From sequence record SRR22947727_1912: a stretch of DNA of 37,902 bases. One strand, given 5' to 3'. Shown one piece after another: positions 28,157 to 37,902 of the stretch. Each line of letters begins with the position of its first letter. Position 1 is the first letter of the stretch. Below the pieces are notes generated by a model. That model made no database searches. It saw only the letters and a list, made by a program, of their open reading frames with translations, and was not told the DNA's origin. Position numbers and translations under genes: made by a program.

Positions 28157-29812
28157 ATGCAGCGCCTCGGAGATGGTTCATGGGTCATTTCGGCCAGTGA
28201 CCTGGCTGTGTTCGAATCCTGTCCCTGGAGACTTGCCCGGGTTGCGGATGAGAAGCTCGGCAAGGGTGTGAGCGTCCCCGACATCACTGATCCGATGATG
28301 GAGTTGGTGGCACGCCTGGGCTTGGAGCACGAAGCGAGGCAACTCGAGCATCTAAAGTCTCAGATGCAGGTCACAGAGTTGACGTATGACCCAGCCGACC
28401 CCGCTGATGCGGAAGCCTGGCGAGCAAATATTCAACGCGCGCGACACGACACGATGGACGCCCTGTCCTCTGATGTCGGCGCACTCTTCCAAGCCACCCT
28501 GTTTGAAGAAATTCTCCCGGGGGCTCCGCTCCCCATTGGTTTCCAGGGATTCGCCGACTTTATTGTCAGGACTGGAGATTCCTGGGAGGTGTGGGACTCC
28601 AAATTAGCCAGGCGCGCCAAAGACCACGCCCTCCTGCAGCTCGCCGCGTACCACGACCAGCTGGAGCGAGCCGGAGTAACCCTGGCGGACACTGTCCAGA
28701 TCATCCTGGGCGATGGAACCCACAGTGTTCATGCAGTCGCGGACCTGCTGGAGCCTTATCGCCAGATGCGCGATCGTGTCATGGCGCTCATTGCCCATCG
28801 AGTTATCGATCCGCTCCCCCTCCCGTGGGGGGATGAGAGCTTTGCCCCGTGTGGAAACAAGGGGTGCCCTGCATGCAGTGAGCAAATTGTGGTCAGGGAC
28901 GATCTCTTTCAGATTGCGGGGCTTCGTAAGACGCAGCGCGACAAAACCCTGACCGGGGGGTTTGGCACCCTGCTCGAGTTTGCAGACGCTTCACGAGAGG
29001 AGGTTCGGCGCGCTATCCCCGGTATTGGCCGTGACACCCTGGAGGGTTTGCACCTGCAGGCGACTTTGCAGGTCGCCACCAGGAACAACCCCGACGGCCG
29101 CCCAGCCTGGGAAGTGCTCTCGCGGGGGATAATCGAGAATCTTCCAGAGCCCAGCCCTGGCGATATTTTCTTCGATTTCGAGGGTGACCCGACGTATCAG
29201 GAGTTCGCCGCCGATGGCAGCCCACTCGGATCACTCTCCCAGGGCGATGACTCGGTCTGGTTTGGCATTGAGTACCTCTTTGGCATGTGGGGAGAGAACC
29301 TCAACCCCGGGAGCGCTGACTCGTCTTTTCTTCCCCTGTGGGTAGAAACATTCGACCAAGAGGGTGAGGCGTTCGATACCTTCTTGCGATTGCTGGAGGA
29401 CAGGACAGCCGTGTTCCCTGACCTTCACGTCTACCACTACGCACCCTATGAACGCACACGGCTCAAGCAGATGGCGAAGCGTCACCAGATCGACTCCCCT
29501 ATGCTTCGCGCGCTACTGGATCACCACCTCGTTGATCTCTATCCCGTGGTCATGAAAGGGCTGAAAGTGGGCCTGCCGAGCTATGGCCTGAAAGCCCTCG
29601 AGGCGTTGTACTTCGATCCACAGACGCGCACAGGAATCGCCGGTGGTGGTGAGTCAGTCGTGGCGTTTGCGGATTACTCACTCGCGCGCGCTCACGACAA
29701 TCAAGAGGCCGCTAGCGAGCTGAAAAACAGTATCCTGCACTACAACCGCATCGATTGCTTCTCCACACAGGCTCTGCGGGATTGGCTCATCACCACCGCA
29801 CTGGGTCGTTAG
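28157..29812 (+). CDS. TM0106-family RecB-like nuclease with C-terminal RNase H-like domain
   Basis: N-terminal ISASDL, G..HE, PD-(D/E)xK-like ADFIV...WDSKL, LQLAAY, FFDFEGDP, YHYAPYE, SYGLKALE, YNRIDC. Confidence 0.85.
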   Translation: MQRLGDGSWVISASDLAVFESCPWRLARVADEKLGKGVSVPDITDPMMELVARLGLEHEARQLEHLKSQMQVTELTYDPADPADAEAWRANIQRARHDTMDALSSDVGALFQATLFEEILPGAPLPIGFQGFADFIVRTGDSWEVWDSKLARRAKDHALLQLAAYHDQLERAGVTLADTVQIILGDGTHSVHAVADLLEPYRQMRDRVMALIAHRVIDPLPLPWGDESFAPCGNKGCPACSEQIVVRDDLFQIAGLRKTQRDKTLTGGFGTLLEFADASREEVRRAIPGIGRDTLEGLHLQATLQVATRNNPDGRPAWEVLSRGIIENLPEPSPGDIFFDFEGDPTYQEFAADGSPLGSLSQGDDSVWFGIEYLFGMWGENLNPGSADSSFLPLWVETFDQEGEAFDTFLRLLEDRTAVFPDLHVYHYAPYERTRLKQMAKRHQIDSPMLRALLDHHLVDLYPVVMKGLKVGLPSYGLKALEALYFDPQTRTGIAGGGESVVAFADYSLARAHDNQEAASELKNSILHYNRIDCFSTQALRDWLITTALGR

Positions 29813-30297
29813 CCCTCGCTTCGTGTCGACCATTGCATGGTCTGAGAGAGCACCTCATCCAGGGGCCCAATCTCGAACGTTGCCTCGACAAACTCTCCGG
29901 CCAGGGCTCTGGGTAACCAGAGAGCCGCATCTGACCACATACGGTGCACCGGAAGTTCGCTCAGGGGCCACCAGGTTGCGTCGATCTCAGGGCTAGCCCG
30001 CACTTCGCCTCTCCACACCCGGGTGACGAAAGCGTGGGAGCGCTGGGAGAGTTCCCCCCGCCCCACAAAGGGGTAGGTCACTCGCGCCAGGGGAAAAAGG
30101 GCCTCCGCCTCGAGCATGAGCCCGACCTCTTCGTGCACTTCGCGCAGCGCGGTCTCGACAGGAGACTCTCCAGGTTCTTGTTTTCCCCCGGGGCCGACAA
30201 TCTTGCCAATCCCGAGACCCGTGAGCTTCTCTCCCAAAAGGACCTCGTCTCCCCTAGCGCCCTCTCGCAGGATGTAGACGACGGAGACCTCAAACAT
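29809..30297 (-). CDS. NUDIX hydrolase (MutT/8-oxo-dGTPase-like)
   Basis: Nudix box GGKQEPGESPVETALREVHEEVG and MWSD..W. Start reassigned to ATG 30297 after TAGCCT. Confidence 0.88.
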   Translation of the reverse strand: MFEVSVVYILREGARGDEVLLGEKLTGLGIGKIVGPGGKQEPGESPVETALREVHEEVGLMLEAEALFPLARVTYPFVGRGELSQRSHAFVTRVWRGEVRASPEIDATWWPLSELPVHRMWSDAALWLPRALAGEFVEATFEIGPLDEVLSQTMQWSTRSEG

Positions 30298-30367
30298 GGC
30301 CCTCAGGCTATCCCGTGTCAGTGGTCGGTGGGATGGTCTCTGCAATCACGTCCGAGCCGGAGGACAC

Positions 30368-30565
30368 ATGCCACAACTCTTTGATGACACACCTCCAGTG
30401 TGTCCAGAGTGTCGAGAAAGAACCGCCACTCCCATCATCTATGGGGATCCAAGCTCCGAGATGGTCCAAGCCTCACGGCTCGGAGACATTGTTCTCGGTG
30501 GCGTGGCCGCGGAGGGCGACATGCCTGCGTGGCTGTGTTCCTGCGGCACCCGCTACGAAGACTGA
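30368..30565 (+). CDS. Small putative zinc-ribbon protein (65 aa)
   Basis: CPEC...PIIYG.P...LGG...WLCSCG. Strong GGAGG SD before ATG 30368. Confidence 0.65.
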   Translation: MPQLFDDTPPVCPECRERTATPIIYGDPSSEMVQASRLGDIVLGGVAAEGDMPAWLCSCGTRYED

Positions 30566-32694
30566 CGCTTCTCTAGCTCAGCTCTCAGCAAAGCGATGAG
30601 GGCTGCAACTTGCATGGTGCCCTCGACGCCGGCCTCAACCTCTTGGCCATCCAGGGCACGCGCGGAGAGCCCTGACTTCTGATCAATCAATTCGGCAATT
30701 CTCTGATCCACGGTCTGAGCCGCCACAATGCGCCACGCAGTGACCGGAAGTTCCTGACCAATGCGGTGAACGCGGTCGATTGCCTGGGTCTGCTCAGCAC
30801 TCGTCCACGAGAGCTCTGCCAACACGACGTTGGAGGCTGCCTGCAAGTTCACACCCACTCCAGCGGCGAGCAGCGAACAGACGATGACCTGAACGTCATC
30901 ATCGTTGGTGAAAGCATCAATCGCGGACTGTCGCGCAGTGGTGGATTGGTCACCCCTAATCGAGGTTGTCTTTATCCCGACTGACGCAAAGTGCTTTTCC
31001 GCCTGGTTGAGCACGTCGATGTGCTTCGCGAAGAACACCACCTTGCCGACGTTTCTGGCCAATTGGGCGGTGTAGTCGGCCGCCATGACAGCTTTCGCCG
31101 AACCAATCTTTCGCACCAGCGTGAAGACGTTATCTCCGGAATCATCCTGCTTGGTTTCCTCGATCTCTGAGGCACAGACCAGTCTGACCAAATCGTCGTC
31201 CAGCACGCTCGGGTCAGCATCGCCCCTGGCCGAGATGACTCGGTCATAGCGCTCCAGCAAACGCTGCACGAGGGCTCGCTCCGCATCCATAATCGAACGG
31301 GCGGCTTCGGTGTCGAGCTCGATCGGAATATCCGCAATGCGGCGCGCAGGAATGTCTTTGGCGACGTCTTGTTTACGCCTGCGCACAATTCCCATAGAAA
31401 TGACCGCTTTACGGGCCGCCGGGAAGAAACCGGGATCAGCTGGCGTGAGACCCGCCGCCTCGAGCTTCGCCATCAGCTGGCCCAGAGGTTTCTTGTCATC
31501 AATCCAGCCGAGGAACTGCCAAATCATGCGGAAGTCTTCAATTTGGTTGATCAAGGGTGTTCCCGTGAGGGCAATCAGGAGTGGGTGTTGCAAGCGCGCC
31601 CGAATGGTCCTCGCCACCGCCTGAACATGCTTGGAGCGCTGTGAATCCTTGTTCTTGATGAAGTGGGCTTCATCCACAACCATGCCCCGAAAATCAAACT
31701 TGGACAGCCATCCGACGTGACGATCGAGAATGTCGTAGTTCACAATGAACACGTCACTGAAGGCGTTGAGCTCTAAACCATCACCGTGAACGACCGTAGG
31801 GCGTCGTTTGGGCAGCCACTGATGAACTTCTCGAAGCCAGTTGGTCTTCACCACATTGGGAACAACCACCAAGAGAGGGAAAGCGCCTGCTGTTTCCGCA
31901 GCTATGAGGGCCTGAGCCGTCTTGCCAAGTCCAGGCTCATCCGCGAGCAAAAAGCTTCGGTGACCGCTGCGTACTGCCTCCACAAACTCAGATTGGTGCA
32001 CCATAAGGTCCAACCCACCTGGCGTGGACAAGTTTGCCGCTGCGGGCAGTTCCATGCTGGCCACGCCACCGCCCGACCCTTGCTCAAAGGATCGAAAAAG
32101 CGGCTCCATCAGCTCCCAGTTCAGAAGGCGCCCCTCCACCCCAGCTTGGGGCTTCTGATAGGCCGCAAAATCGGGGGCCATAAAAGGGTTGGCAAGCTGT
32201 GCTTGGCGCACCGAGGCAGGAACGACCTGTTTGGCCGTCTCAGGGCTCACCTCCGGCGCTTCATCCACGATGATGAGGTCATCGGGATCCAGTTCCTGAC
32301 CAGAGGCAACAAGGTAGTCACGACGCAGTTTCTTGGCGGCTTCGGACACTTTTGCGTCAGGCGCGAGCAACTGAATCAAGCTGGTGTCTCGTGCTGCTGT
32401 TTTCGCCAAGATGGAGGCAAGTCCATCCAGACGCTTCAGCGTTTCTTGACGCTCCGCGACCGAGAGCGATGCGTCTTCTTTGGCTTTTGCTCGTTCCTCG
32501 CGAACCAACAGCGCGGTGACCTGAAACTTGACCCGGTTTCCTGCCGTCACTTTTCCGCGACCCGCAGCAGACTCCACTTCCCGCACAGCTCGCGCCAGGA
32601 TCGGAATGATGCCCTCATCATCGATGGGCTTCTTCCGTCCCCGCTTAGCGCCCTGTGGGCGCGACCGGGTGCGCGAGGGGCCTGTCTGGGCCAT
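30553..32694 (-). CDS. SNF2-family (SF2) helicase/ATPase
   Basis: LLADEPGLGKT, VVDEAHFIKN, LTGTPLIN, AGVGVNLQ, QAIDRVHRIGQ. AAGGAG SD. Confidence 0.92.
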   Translation of the reverse strand: MAQTGPSRTRSRPQGAKRGRKKPIDDEGIIPILARAVREVESAAGRGKVTAGNRVKFQVTALLVREERAKAKEDASLSVAERQETLKRLDGLASILAKTAARDTSLIQLLAPDAKVSEAAKKLRRDYLVASGQELDPDDLIIVDEAPEVSPETAKQVVPASVRQAQLANPFMAPDFAAYQKPQAGVEGRLLNWELMEPLFRSFEQGSGGGVASMELPAAANLSTPGGLDLMVHQSEFVEAVRSGHRSFLLADEPGLGKTAQALIAAETAGAFPLLVVVPNVVKTNWLREVHQWLPKRRPTVVHGDGLELNAFSDVFIVNYDILDRHVGWLSKFDFRGMVVDEAHFIKNKDSQRSKHVQAVARTIRARLQHPLLIALTGTPLINQIEDFRMIWQFLGWIDDKKPLGQLMAKLEAAGLTPADPGFFPAARKAVISMGIVRRRKQDVAKDIPARRIADIPIELDTEAARSIMDAERALVQRLLERYDRVISARGDADPSVLDDDLVRLVCASEIEETKQDDSGDNVFTLVRKIGSAKAVMAADYTAQLARNVGKVVFFAKHIDVLNQAEKHFASVGIKTTSIRGDQSTTARQSAIDAFTNDDDVQVIVCSLLAAGVGVNLQAASNVVLAELSWTSAEQTQAIDRVHRIGQELPVTAWRIVAAQTVDQRIAELIDQKSGLSARALDGQEVEAGVEGTMQVAALIALLRAELEKRQSS

Positions 32695-32846
32695 TCTTCT
32701 CCTTGAGACAACCTAGGTATGTGTGAAAAACGAAGACCTTGTCACCGTGACCACACATTGCCTCGCCCGTGATGCGAGGCCGACACAAACAATCAGACCT
32801 GAACGTGAACCGTTTCAGTGATCGAGGTGCCCTTTCAGTGTAACGC

Positions 32847-34331
32847 CTATGAGGCCGTAACCGATACCCGGTCAGCGAATTGCTGTTCCGCAGCTTTGCC
32901 CATGGACCTGGCCATTCCTGCGAAGACAATTCCATGCAGTGGTGTCACGGCAAACCAATACAAACGGCCCCCGAGCCCCTGTGGGAAAAAGATTGCGCGC
33001 TGGCTCAATGTGCTGTGCTCTTCACCCACCGGTGTCACGGTGAACTCCAACCAGGCAAGTCCAGGAAGTTTCATTTCGGCTCGCAGACGCAAGAACGAGC
33101 CACGCTCAATCTTTTCGACCCGCCAGAAATCGAGAGCATCCCCGGTGAGGAGCTTGTCGGGGTCGCGTCGTCCCCGACGAAGGCCCACCCCTCCGACGAG
33201 TTTGTCGAGAAGGCCCCTCGCTGCCCAGGCCACCGGGAGGGAATACCACCCGTTGTCTCCACCGATACTTTCCACTACTTTCCAGAGCTCATCGGAGGGA
33301 GCAGCCACGGTCACCTCACGCGAGTCGGTGTAGACCGTGTGACCGGCCCACTCCGGGTCGCTCGGTAGGGGGTCTGAGGGCGCTCCGATGACTTCCGTGT
33401 TTCTCCACGAGGTTTCCACCTCTCCTGAGCGCATCCGCACCAGTGCAAGTTCAACGGATCGACGAAAGCCGGTTAAGCCTTCTGCAGGTGGGGGAATGAC
33501 ATCGTCGATGTCGTGGTTCTTCATCACCGCATCGTGCAACAGAGACTCAATAATCGGGACAGCAAGACTCCTGGGAATGGGAGTCACCAGATTGACCCAT
33601 TGAGACGCCAACCACGGAGTGAGCACAGGGAGCGCAAGAATCAGCCGCTCTTTGAGGCCTGCTTCCTTGGCGTAACCGTTCATGAGCTGGAAATAGCGGA
33701 AAACATCAGGTCCACCGATATCGAACGCTCGATTAATCTCGGGAGGAAGCTCTGCCGACTTCACCAGATAGTGCAGCACATCCCTGATAGCGATGGGTTG
33801 AATCTTGTTGCGCACCCATTTGGGGGCAGGCATGGCCGGGAGTATTTCCGTGAGATGCCGAATCATCTCAAAGCTTGCAGAGCCAGACCCAATGATGACT
33901 CCGGCTTGAAGCGCGATAGTGGGGACGCCCGAGGCGAGCAGAATTTCCCCAACTTCTTTTCTCGAACCGAGGTGCCGCGAGAGTTGCCCTTTCGGGTGGA
34001 GGCCTCCCAGGTAGACGATGCGCTTTACCTGAGCAGACTTAGCCTCTTCGGCAACCAGGGTCGCCACTCGGCGCTCAACCACTTCAAAGTCACCCGCACT
34101 CGACATTGAGTGAACGAGATAGTAAACGACGTCGACCGCGGAAACCGCCCGAGTAACGTCGGCTCGCACCTGAAGGTCACCCTGGATGATCTCAACATCG
34201 TCGTGCCACGGGACGCCATCAAGGCGGTGGGGCTCACGAGCGAGAACGCGAACTGAATACCCCTGTTCCAGGAGCTTTGGCACAAGGCGACCACCGACGT
34301 ACCCGGTGGCGCCCGTGACTAAGACCTTCAT
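32847..34331 (-). CDS. NAD(P)-binding SDR-like protein with C-terminal DUF2867 (YbjT-like)
   Basis: VLVTGATGYVG, YYLVHSM, IIGSGSASFEM, DFWRVE, LRAEMKLPG.AWLEF. Start reassigned to ATG 34331. Confidence 0.88.
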   Translation of the reverse strand: MKVLVTGATGYVGGRLVPKLLEQGYSVRVLAREPHRLDGVPWHDDVEIIQGDLQVRADVTRAVSAVDVVYYLVHSMSSAGDFEVVERRVATLVAEEAKSAQVKRIVYLGGLHPKGQLSRHLGSRKEVGEILLASGVPTIALQAGVIIGSGSASFEMIRHLTEILPAMPAPKWVRNKIQPIAIRDVLHYLVKSAELPPEINRAFDIGGPDVFRYFQLMNGYAKEAGLKERLILALPVLTPWLASQWVNLVTPIPRSLAVPIIESLLHDAVMKNHDIDDVIPPPAEGLTGFRRSVELALVRMRSGEVETSWRNTEVIGAPSDPLPSDPEWAGHTVYTDSREVTVAAPSDELWKVVESIGGDNGWYSLPVAWAARGLLDKLVGGVGLRRGRRDPDKLLTGDALDFWRVEKIERGSFLRLRAEMKLPGLAWLEFTVTPVGEEHSTLSQRAIFFPQGLGGRLYWFAVTPLHGIVFAGMARSMGKAAEQQFADRVSVTAS

Positions 34332-34389
34332 GCGGACAGAGTATGTCCCTCGTCTGGGAAACACCAGTTGATGGCTATACCGTGGCACC

Positions 34390-35256
34390 GTGGATATTGC
34401 GACTCTGAACCAATGGTTTGCGGTGCATCAGCGTCCGCTGCCCTGGCGTGAGCAGAGTTGTTCACCGTGGGGTGTCATGGTTTCAGAGGTCATGCTTCAA
34501 CAAACACCGGTGCCGCGGGTTGAGCCTGTATGGCATCAATGGATGGAGCGCTGGCCCGCCCCGACCGACCTCGCGAGTTCGTCCCGAGCGGACGCTGTCA
34601 TCGCCTGGGGACGTCTTGGCTACCCGCGGCGAGCGCTTCGTCTACACCAGGCAGCGACCCAGATAACGTCTGATCACAGTGGCGAGGTCCCGTCTGATCT
34701 CGATGTTTTGCTCGGCCTTCCGGGAATTGGTGATTACACCGCCCGAGCAATCAGAACCTTTGCCTTTGGGGTTCCCGAGCCCGTCGTTGATACCAACGTG
34801 CGACGGGTTATGGCTCGAGTTGTCGAGGGTCAGGGTGAGGCGGGACCACCTCGAGTAACCGCAGATCGGACAGCCCTCTGGGCCGTTCTGGAACCCGAGA
34901 AGCCGCAGGCTCAAGTGCAAGCCGCGAAAGCGATCATGGAGCTCGGCGCAGTGGTCTGTACTGCGAGGAGCCCCCGATGCGAGGAATGCCCTTTGCTGTC
35001 CTCCTGTGCGTGGCGAAGGGCTGGCTACCCGGAATATCTCGGTGCCACAGGGCCCAAACAAGGGAAGTTCGAAGGAAGTGACCGACAAGTGAGAGGAATA
35101 ATCCTTCGCGAGCTTCGCCATAGCGATATTCCTGTGCCGGAGGACTTCTTACTCACCCTCTGGCACGATGAGCTTCAGCTTCGGCGCGCGCTGGAGTCCC
35201 TCGTTGCCGATGGGCTCGCAACGCGAGACGAAGGTGCTCTTCGTCTCGCTACTTAG
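34390..35256 (+). CDS. mutY: A/G-specific adenine glycosylase (short actinobacterial MutY)
   Basis: RPLPWR, VSEVMLQQT, LGYPRRA, HhH LPGIGDYTA, VDTNVRRV, 4Fe-4S motif CTARSPRCEECPLLSSC. Confidence 0.9.
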   Translation: MDIATLNQWFAVHQRPLPWREQSCSPWGVMVSEVMLQQTPVPRVEPVWHQWMERWPAPTDLASSSRADAVIAWGRLGYPRRALRLHQAATQITSDHSGEVPSDLDVLLGLPGIGDYTARAIRTFAFGVPEPVVDTNVRRVMARVVEGQGEAGPPRVTADRTALWAVLEPEKPQAQVQAAKAIMELGAVVCTARSPRCEECPLLSSCAWRRAGYPEYLGATGPKQGKFEGSDRQVRGIILRELRHSDIPVPEDFLLTLWHDELQLRRALESLVADGLATRDEGALRLAT

Positions 35257-36028
35257 ACGCCTTGTCCCGGCGAATGATCTCGCGCATTCCCTCAATCGCC
35301 ACCGGAAGAAGGTGCTCAACCTTCGAGGCATCCCACTCTTCGGGGCTCATCGGAGACTGATCGGGGTGACCCATCACCATCATCAGTCCGCTCGCGCGAA
35401 CACGCAGCACTGACGCCACGATGTAGAGAGAAGCAGCTTCCATCTCGGAGCAAATCGCTCCTCCGCCCATCCACGCTGTCCAGCGCTCGGCGAGACGACC
35501 TGCGACGGGCATGCGCTCGGGTGAGTGCTGCCCATAGAACGAATCTTTGGACTGCGAAACACCAACATGCACGGTTTTGCCCATCCCCCGCGCAGCGTCG
35601 GAAAGGGCTTGGGTGAGCTCAACATCTGCCACCGCAGGGAACTCGATGGGGAGATAGTGCAGGCTCGTTCCCTCGTCGCGGATAGCCGCGGACACAATGG
35701 CAATATCGCCAGGCTTGATGTGCTCCTGCATGGAACCCGATGTCCCCACGCGGACAAACGTGTCAGAGCCAATAGCAACGAGCTCTTCAAGCGCGATGGC
35801 GGCGGAAGGGCCACCAATACCGGTGGAGGTCACCGAGACTTTTTCGCCCTCCAAATAGCCAGTCCAGGTCTCATATTCACGGTGAGATGCGACTTTCTGG
35901 GGGTCGTCAAAGTAGGAGGCAATCAGCTCGCACCTGCCCGGATCACCGGGGAGGAATACGTAACGACCCACATCGCCCTCAGCAAGGGCAATGTGGTACT
36001 GACGGGGATCGTCGCGCTCCATGGACAT
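35249..36028 (-). CDS. udp: Uridine phosphorylase
   Basis: QYHI, LPGDPGR, HREY, STGIGGPSAAIA.EEL, RVGTSG, RDEGTS, KDSFYGQH, EMEAA. AAGGAG SD. Confidence 0.88.
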   Translation of the reverse strand: MSMERDDPRQYHIALAEGDVGRYVFLPGDPGRCELIASYFDDPQKVASHREYETWTGYLEGEKVSVTSTGIGGPSAAIALEELVAIGSDTFVRVGTSGSMQEHIKPGDIAIVSAAIRDEGTSLHYLPIEFPAVADVELTQALSDAARGMGKTVHVGVSQSKDSFYGQHSPERMPVAGRLAERWTAWMGGGAICSEMEAASLYIVASVLRVRASGLMMVMGHPDQSPMSPEEWDASKVEHLLPVAIEGMREIIRRDKASK

Positions 36029-36052
36029 ACGGTGCTCCTTCGCGTCGTGTGA

Positions 36053-36484
36053 CTACTCGGCTGACTTGGGGACCTTATAGGGGTCCTCATCGCCAGCGTA
36101 TTGTGCTGTCGCCTTCTGGCGCTCAATCTCCGCGTCGCGCTCCCGCGCTTCCTGCAACAGACTTTCAATCGCCGCGGCGTTCTCCGGAATCCCATCGGGC
36201 ACAAACTCCAGAGAGGGGGTAAGCCTCGCCGTAATGTTCTTCCCGACTTCGGTGCGCAACATACCGGTCGCAGCTTTCAGAGCTGCGTGAGTGTCCGCGC
36301 GCTCGGTGTCATCCCCCAGCACCGTGTAGAACACGGAAGCGTGCTGCAGATCTCCGGTCACATGAACATCGGTGATCGTGACGTACCCCATTCGAGGGTC
36401 GCGCAAGCCCTTTTGGAGGCGCTCCGCCAGAATCTGACGGATCAAGTCCGCCATCTTCCTGGCGCGGGGCGAGTTACTACTCAC
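36053..36484 (-). CDS. rbfA: Ribosome-binding factor A
   Basis: [31 protein letters not shown]. Overlaps the infB stop. Confidence 0.96.
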   Translation of the reverse strand: MSSNSPRARKMADLIRQILAERLQKGLRDPRMGYVTITDVHVTGDLQHASVFYTVLGDDTERADTHAALKAATGMLRTEVGKNITARLTPSLEFVPDGIPENAAAIESLLQEARERDAEIERQKATAQYAGDEDPYKVPKSAE

Positions 36485-37902
36485 GGATCTTTTCTTTCAT
36501 CTCGATGGTTTCAATCTCGTCACCGATCTGGATGTCCTTGAGCTTGCCCAGTCCGATACCACATTCGAAGTCAGTCTTGACCTCGGTGACATCGTCCTTG
36601 AAGCGTCGCAGGGACTCGATGGCCAAGTTGTCTGCGAGCACAACACCATCGCGAATAACGCGGGCTTTCGCGTTCCTCGTGATGGTTCCCGAGCGGACGA
36701 TACATCCGGCAATGGTTCCAGCCTTGGAAGACTTGAACACTTCGCGAACCTCGGCAACACCGGACTGAACCTCTTCGAACTCAGGCTTGAGCATGCCCTT
36801 CAGGGAGCTCTCGATCTCTTCCAGAGCGTTGTAGATGACGGAGTAGAACCGAACGTCGACACCTTCTCGCTGAGCACGCTCGCGTGCCTTGGAGTCGGGT
36901 CGGACGTTGAATCCCACGATGATGGCGTTGTCGATGGTGGCGAGGTTGACATCGCTCTCGGTAATCGCACCCACACCACGGTGAATGATGCGCAACTGAA
37001 CCGAATCGTCCACCTCAATCTTGAGCAGCGACTCCTCGAGGGCCTCAACAGCACCGGAGACGTCACCCTTGAGGATGAGGTTAAGGGCTTCGATCTTGCC
37101 ATCTTCGAGAGCCTTGGTGAAGTCCTCGAGGCTAATGCGCTTGCGTGCCTTCGCCAGCTGAGCGTTACGCTCTGCTGCTTCACGCTTCTCAGCGATCTGG
37201 CGGGCAGTGCGGTCATCGTCCGTAACGATGAACGTGTCACCAGCGCGCGGAACGCTCGAGAGACCTTGAACAGCAACGGGTCGCGAGGGGTAGGCCTCTT
37301 CGACCGATTCACCGTTCTCATCAATCATGGCGCGCACGCGACCGTACGCGGTTCCCGCCACAATGGCTTCTCCAACACGCAACGTTCCTGATTCGATCAA
37401 GACCGTAGCGACTGCACCGCGTCCCTTATCCAAACGAGCTTCAATCGCCACACCGCGAGCGGTGCGGTTCGGGTTGGCTCGAAGGTCCAAGCCAGCATCC
37501 GCGGTCAGCAGGACAGCATCGAGCAGCTCGGTGATTCCCTCGCCCTTCAGCGCTGAGACCTTGACCGCCTGGGTATCTCCGCCGTATTCCTCGGCAACAA
37601 GCCCAAACTCGGTGAGTTGTTGCAGGACCTTGTCCGCTTTGGCGCCTGGGGCATCCATCTTGTTGATGGCCACCACAATCGGAACGTTCGCTGCTTGAGC
37701 GTGGTTCAAGGCCTCAATGGTCTGAGGCATGATTCCATCATCCGCAGCGACAACCAGGATCGCGATGTCAGTGACCTGAGCACCACGGGCACGCATAGCG
37801 GTAAACGCCTCGTGACCAGGTGTATCGATGAAGGTGATAGCCCGCTCGATACCTTCGTGCTCAGTCCAGACTTGGTAAGCACCGATGTGCTGGGTGATTC
37901 CA
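36477..37902 (-). CDS. infB: Translation initiation factor IF-2 (5'-truncated by window edge)
   Basis: Open to the edge: GITQHIGAY...[47 protein letters not shown]. Confidence 0.98.
   Translation of the reverse strand, partial: GITQHIGAYQVWTEHEGIERAITFIDTPGHEAFTAMRARGAQVTDIAILVVAADDGIMPQTIEALNHAQAANVPIVVAINKMDAPGAKADKVLQQLTEFGLVAEEYGGDTQAVKVSALKGEGITELLDAVLLTADAGLDLRANPNRTARGVAIEARLDKGRGAVATVLIESGTLRVGEAIVAGTAYGRVRAMIDENGESVEEAYPSRPVAVQGLSSVPRAGDTFIVTDDDRTARQIAEKREAAERNAQLAKARKRISLEDFTKALEDGKIEALNLILKGDVSGAVEALEESLLKIEVDDSVQLRIIHRGVGAITESDVNLATIDNAIIVGFNVRPDSKARERAQREGVDVRFYSVIYNALEEIESSLKGMLKPEFEEVQSGVAEVREVFKSSKAGTIAGCIVRSGTITRNAKARVIRDGVVLADNLAIESLRRFKDDVTEVKTDFECGIGLGKLKDIQIGDEIETIEMKEKIRE

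Noticed and set aside
34390-35256. MutY lacking the C-terminal NUDIX-like domain as a pseudogene or split gene
   Set aside because: Short MutY of about 300 aa is normal in Actinobacteria, and the catalytic and Fe-S motifs are intact.

Overview
This is a densely packed, GC-rich bacterial chromosome segment. Gene content and order (orn-tRNA-His, gatCAB-ligA, rpsO-pnp-M16 peptidase, infB-rbfA, short MutY, mycoredoxin) point to an actinobacterium, probably a small-genome Microbacteriaceae; this taxonomic call is inference. Most of it is core or housekeeping genes, and I see no CRISPR array, integrase, transposase or prophage. Highlights: (1) A stand-alone microbial rhodopsin (22025-22735, -) sits between pnp and the M16 peptidase. 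It has a DTE motif, but lacks the helix-B His and the antenna-fenestration Gly of typical actinorhodopsins and has an unusual Thr at the BR W189 position. Upstream is an AT-rich, inverted-repeat-rich region. (2) A TPP-riboswitch operon encodes a YkoE S-component, a single-polypeptide ATPase-ATPase-EcfT fusion and a coupled orphan P-loop kinase (candidate thiamine/HMP salvage kinase). (3) There are strong compaction signatures: all 7 convergent pairs overlap, about 10 genes look leaderless, and three TAG stop codons double as the start of a TAGACT -10 box. (4) truB and ribF are missing from the rbfA-rpsO interval, which instead holds udp and several repair/redox genes. All assignments come from motif recognition by eye; no database searches were run.
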